A stretch of DNA of 63,983 nt, filler included, from Ionaspis alba (Eukaryota): assembly GCA_964255285.1 (NCBI GenBank). It is 3 parts of 3 records of this genome, joined end to end, with 100 filler letters (N's around TTAATTAATTAA, not from the genome) between each part and the next. Parts side by side here need not be neighbours in the genome. Positions count along the whole stretch, not along the records: positions 45,714 to 63,983 come from CAXUUL010000292.1; 2 more parts are not named here. The stretch is one strand, 5' to 3'. Both the position numbers and the translations under genes were made by a program. The notes beneath the pieces are model-generated. The model had not been told where the DNA came from. It made no database searches and saw nothing but the letters and a program-made list of their open reading frames with translations. Shown here in pieces: positions 62,940-63,983 of the stretch; positions within the stretch are counted from its first letter, which is position 1, and each line of letters starts with the position of its first letter.

Positions 62940-63501
62940 TAGGTCCGCCTGGCCTTGGTTTGTCGCGGTCGTTTCTATTTCTTCGTAAAATCACATGGTC
63001 ATCGGTTCTTCAAAAGCATGGTGTTGGTGGCCTTATGATAGAGGCTTTTGGATGGCGCATTATTCTTAAGTAAATGGTCTAGAGTCCTGGAGTACTGCGA
63101 CTGGGTGTTCTGGGATGAAAGTTCATGGTTATGGTTTATCCATGTACGAATACTGTATAAGTACCTAAGGCCAGAAGACAGGCGAGGCATGCTTCACTGT
63201 GGCAACATACGGTCTAAGCAAAAGTCATGCTCCAGATTCGCAGCAATCGTGGTGAGAGACAATGTGAGATTGTGCGGCGACCATAGGTATTGACTTGGAT
63301 CACGGGATGCATTGCCACCGATTGGAATTGGTGTTTTATTTCTACGCTTGATGAGTTCAATGCTCTATCGTTTAGTAGCCCGCAATCTTCCCCAAGATGC
63401 CGCAAAAGCATTCCACTATGTAAAGCTCTACCTAACGCGCTTCCCGAAGCTCCACAATCCCTAGAACAATATGGTATCAGGAAGAGTCAAGCCTTCTCTC
63501 T

Positions 63502-63981
63502 TCATTTGCGCCTTCCGCTAAGCTTACGTGTCTCACCTAGCTGTGCTGCCAACCTTGCAATCTCCTGCGGGAAATCTAGTTCGAGGCAGTTGTTGGAAAT
63601 TTCGAGGCCATGGTGGGTCAGGTATTGAACATCGATTGCAGTCTTTGGATGAACGAGATCGAAGGCTCGGCACGTTTCCATGTTTATAATCATGGCAAGA
63701 CGACGCGTTCGCTTGCACCTCGGCACAAGATCTCCGAATTCGACGAAACTGAATGAAATTTGACTGTAAGTATTCCTTCGACTCTTGAGCCCGAGTGGGG
63801 GGCTCCCAAATATCGAGGACAGAGCCCAACGAAGGATATTGCTGGAGGATTTGAAAGCACAGAACGAGAGTGTTAGGAGGTGGATATCGTCCTCACGATA
63901 GTTCGGTGCAGCCAGATCAGACCTGGTCTTGAGACATTCGACGGTCCAAGGCAGAAGATCCGTGAATCGTTTGGCAGCCTT
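63502..63981 (-). CDS. 3' end of a hypothetical protein entering from beyond the window
   Basis: Frame is open from the window edge to the stop at 63502 (about 160 aa, KAAKRFTDLLPW..GETRKLSGRRK); no recognisable motif. Confidence 0.45.
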   Translation of the reverse strand, partial: KAAKRFTDLLPWTVECLKTRSDLAAPNYREDDIHLLTLSFCAFKSSSNILRWALSSIFGSPPLGLKSRRNTYSQISFSFVEFGDLVPRCKRTRRLAMIINMETCRAFDLVHPKTAIDVQYLTHHGLEISNNCLELDFPQEIARLAAQLGETRKLSGRRK

Positions 63982-63983
63982 CA

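Noticed and set aside
1..63983. Transposons, CRISPR arrays, rRNA, secondary-metabolite cluster, stwintrons
   Set aside because: No transposase/RT motifs, spaced repeats, PKS/NRPS genes or AT-rich RIP tracts seen. The longer introns I inspected did not fit nested-donor stwintron patterns.

Overview
Intron-rich euchromatic segment of a filamentous ascomycete (Pezizomycotina) draft assembly, with about 20 protein-coding genes and six 100-nt scaffold gaps. Conserved genes: TALE homeobox factor, Doa10 RING-CH E3, She10-like KDEL protein, Alg12, dynamitin, dual-start HisRS, Vps33, UBE2W-type E2, Fun30 SNF2 ATPase, Vma21, DUF2406 protein, Myb-like protein, Erd2-like receptor, DUF1772 protein and malic enzyme. 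Non-self/cell-death-type genes: an intronless HET-domain gene, and a HeLo + pseudokinase + trypsin-like serine protease fusion whose catalytic GDSG motif appears only after splicing an intron the ORF track missed; this is the best candidate for an undescribed system. Other leads: a probable H/ACA snoRNA in the long Vps33 intron, an O6-alkylguanine alkyltransferase fused to an uncharacterised domain, a small accessory block (32-36 kb) with a possible PemK-like orphan and a decayed exonuclease, and a possible non-AUG N-terminal extension of the homeobox gene. Exon models were derived by hand and family calls come from remembered motifs; no searches were run.
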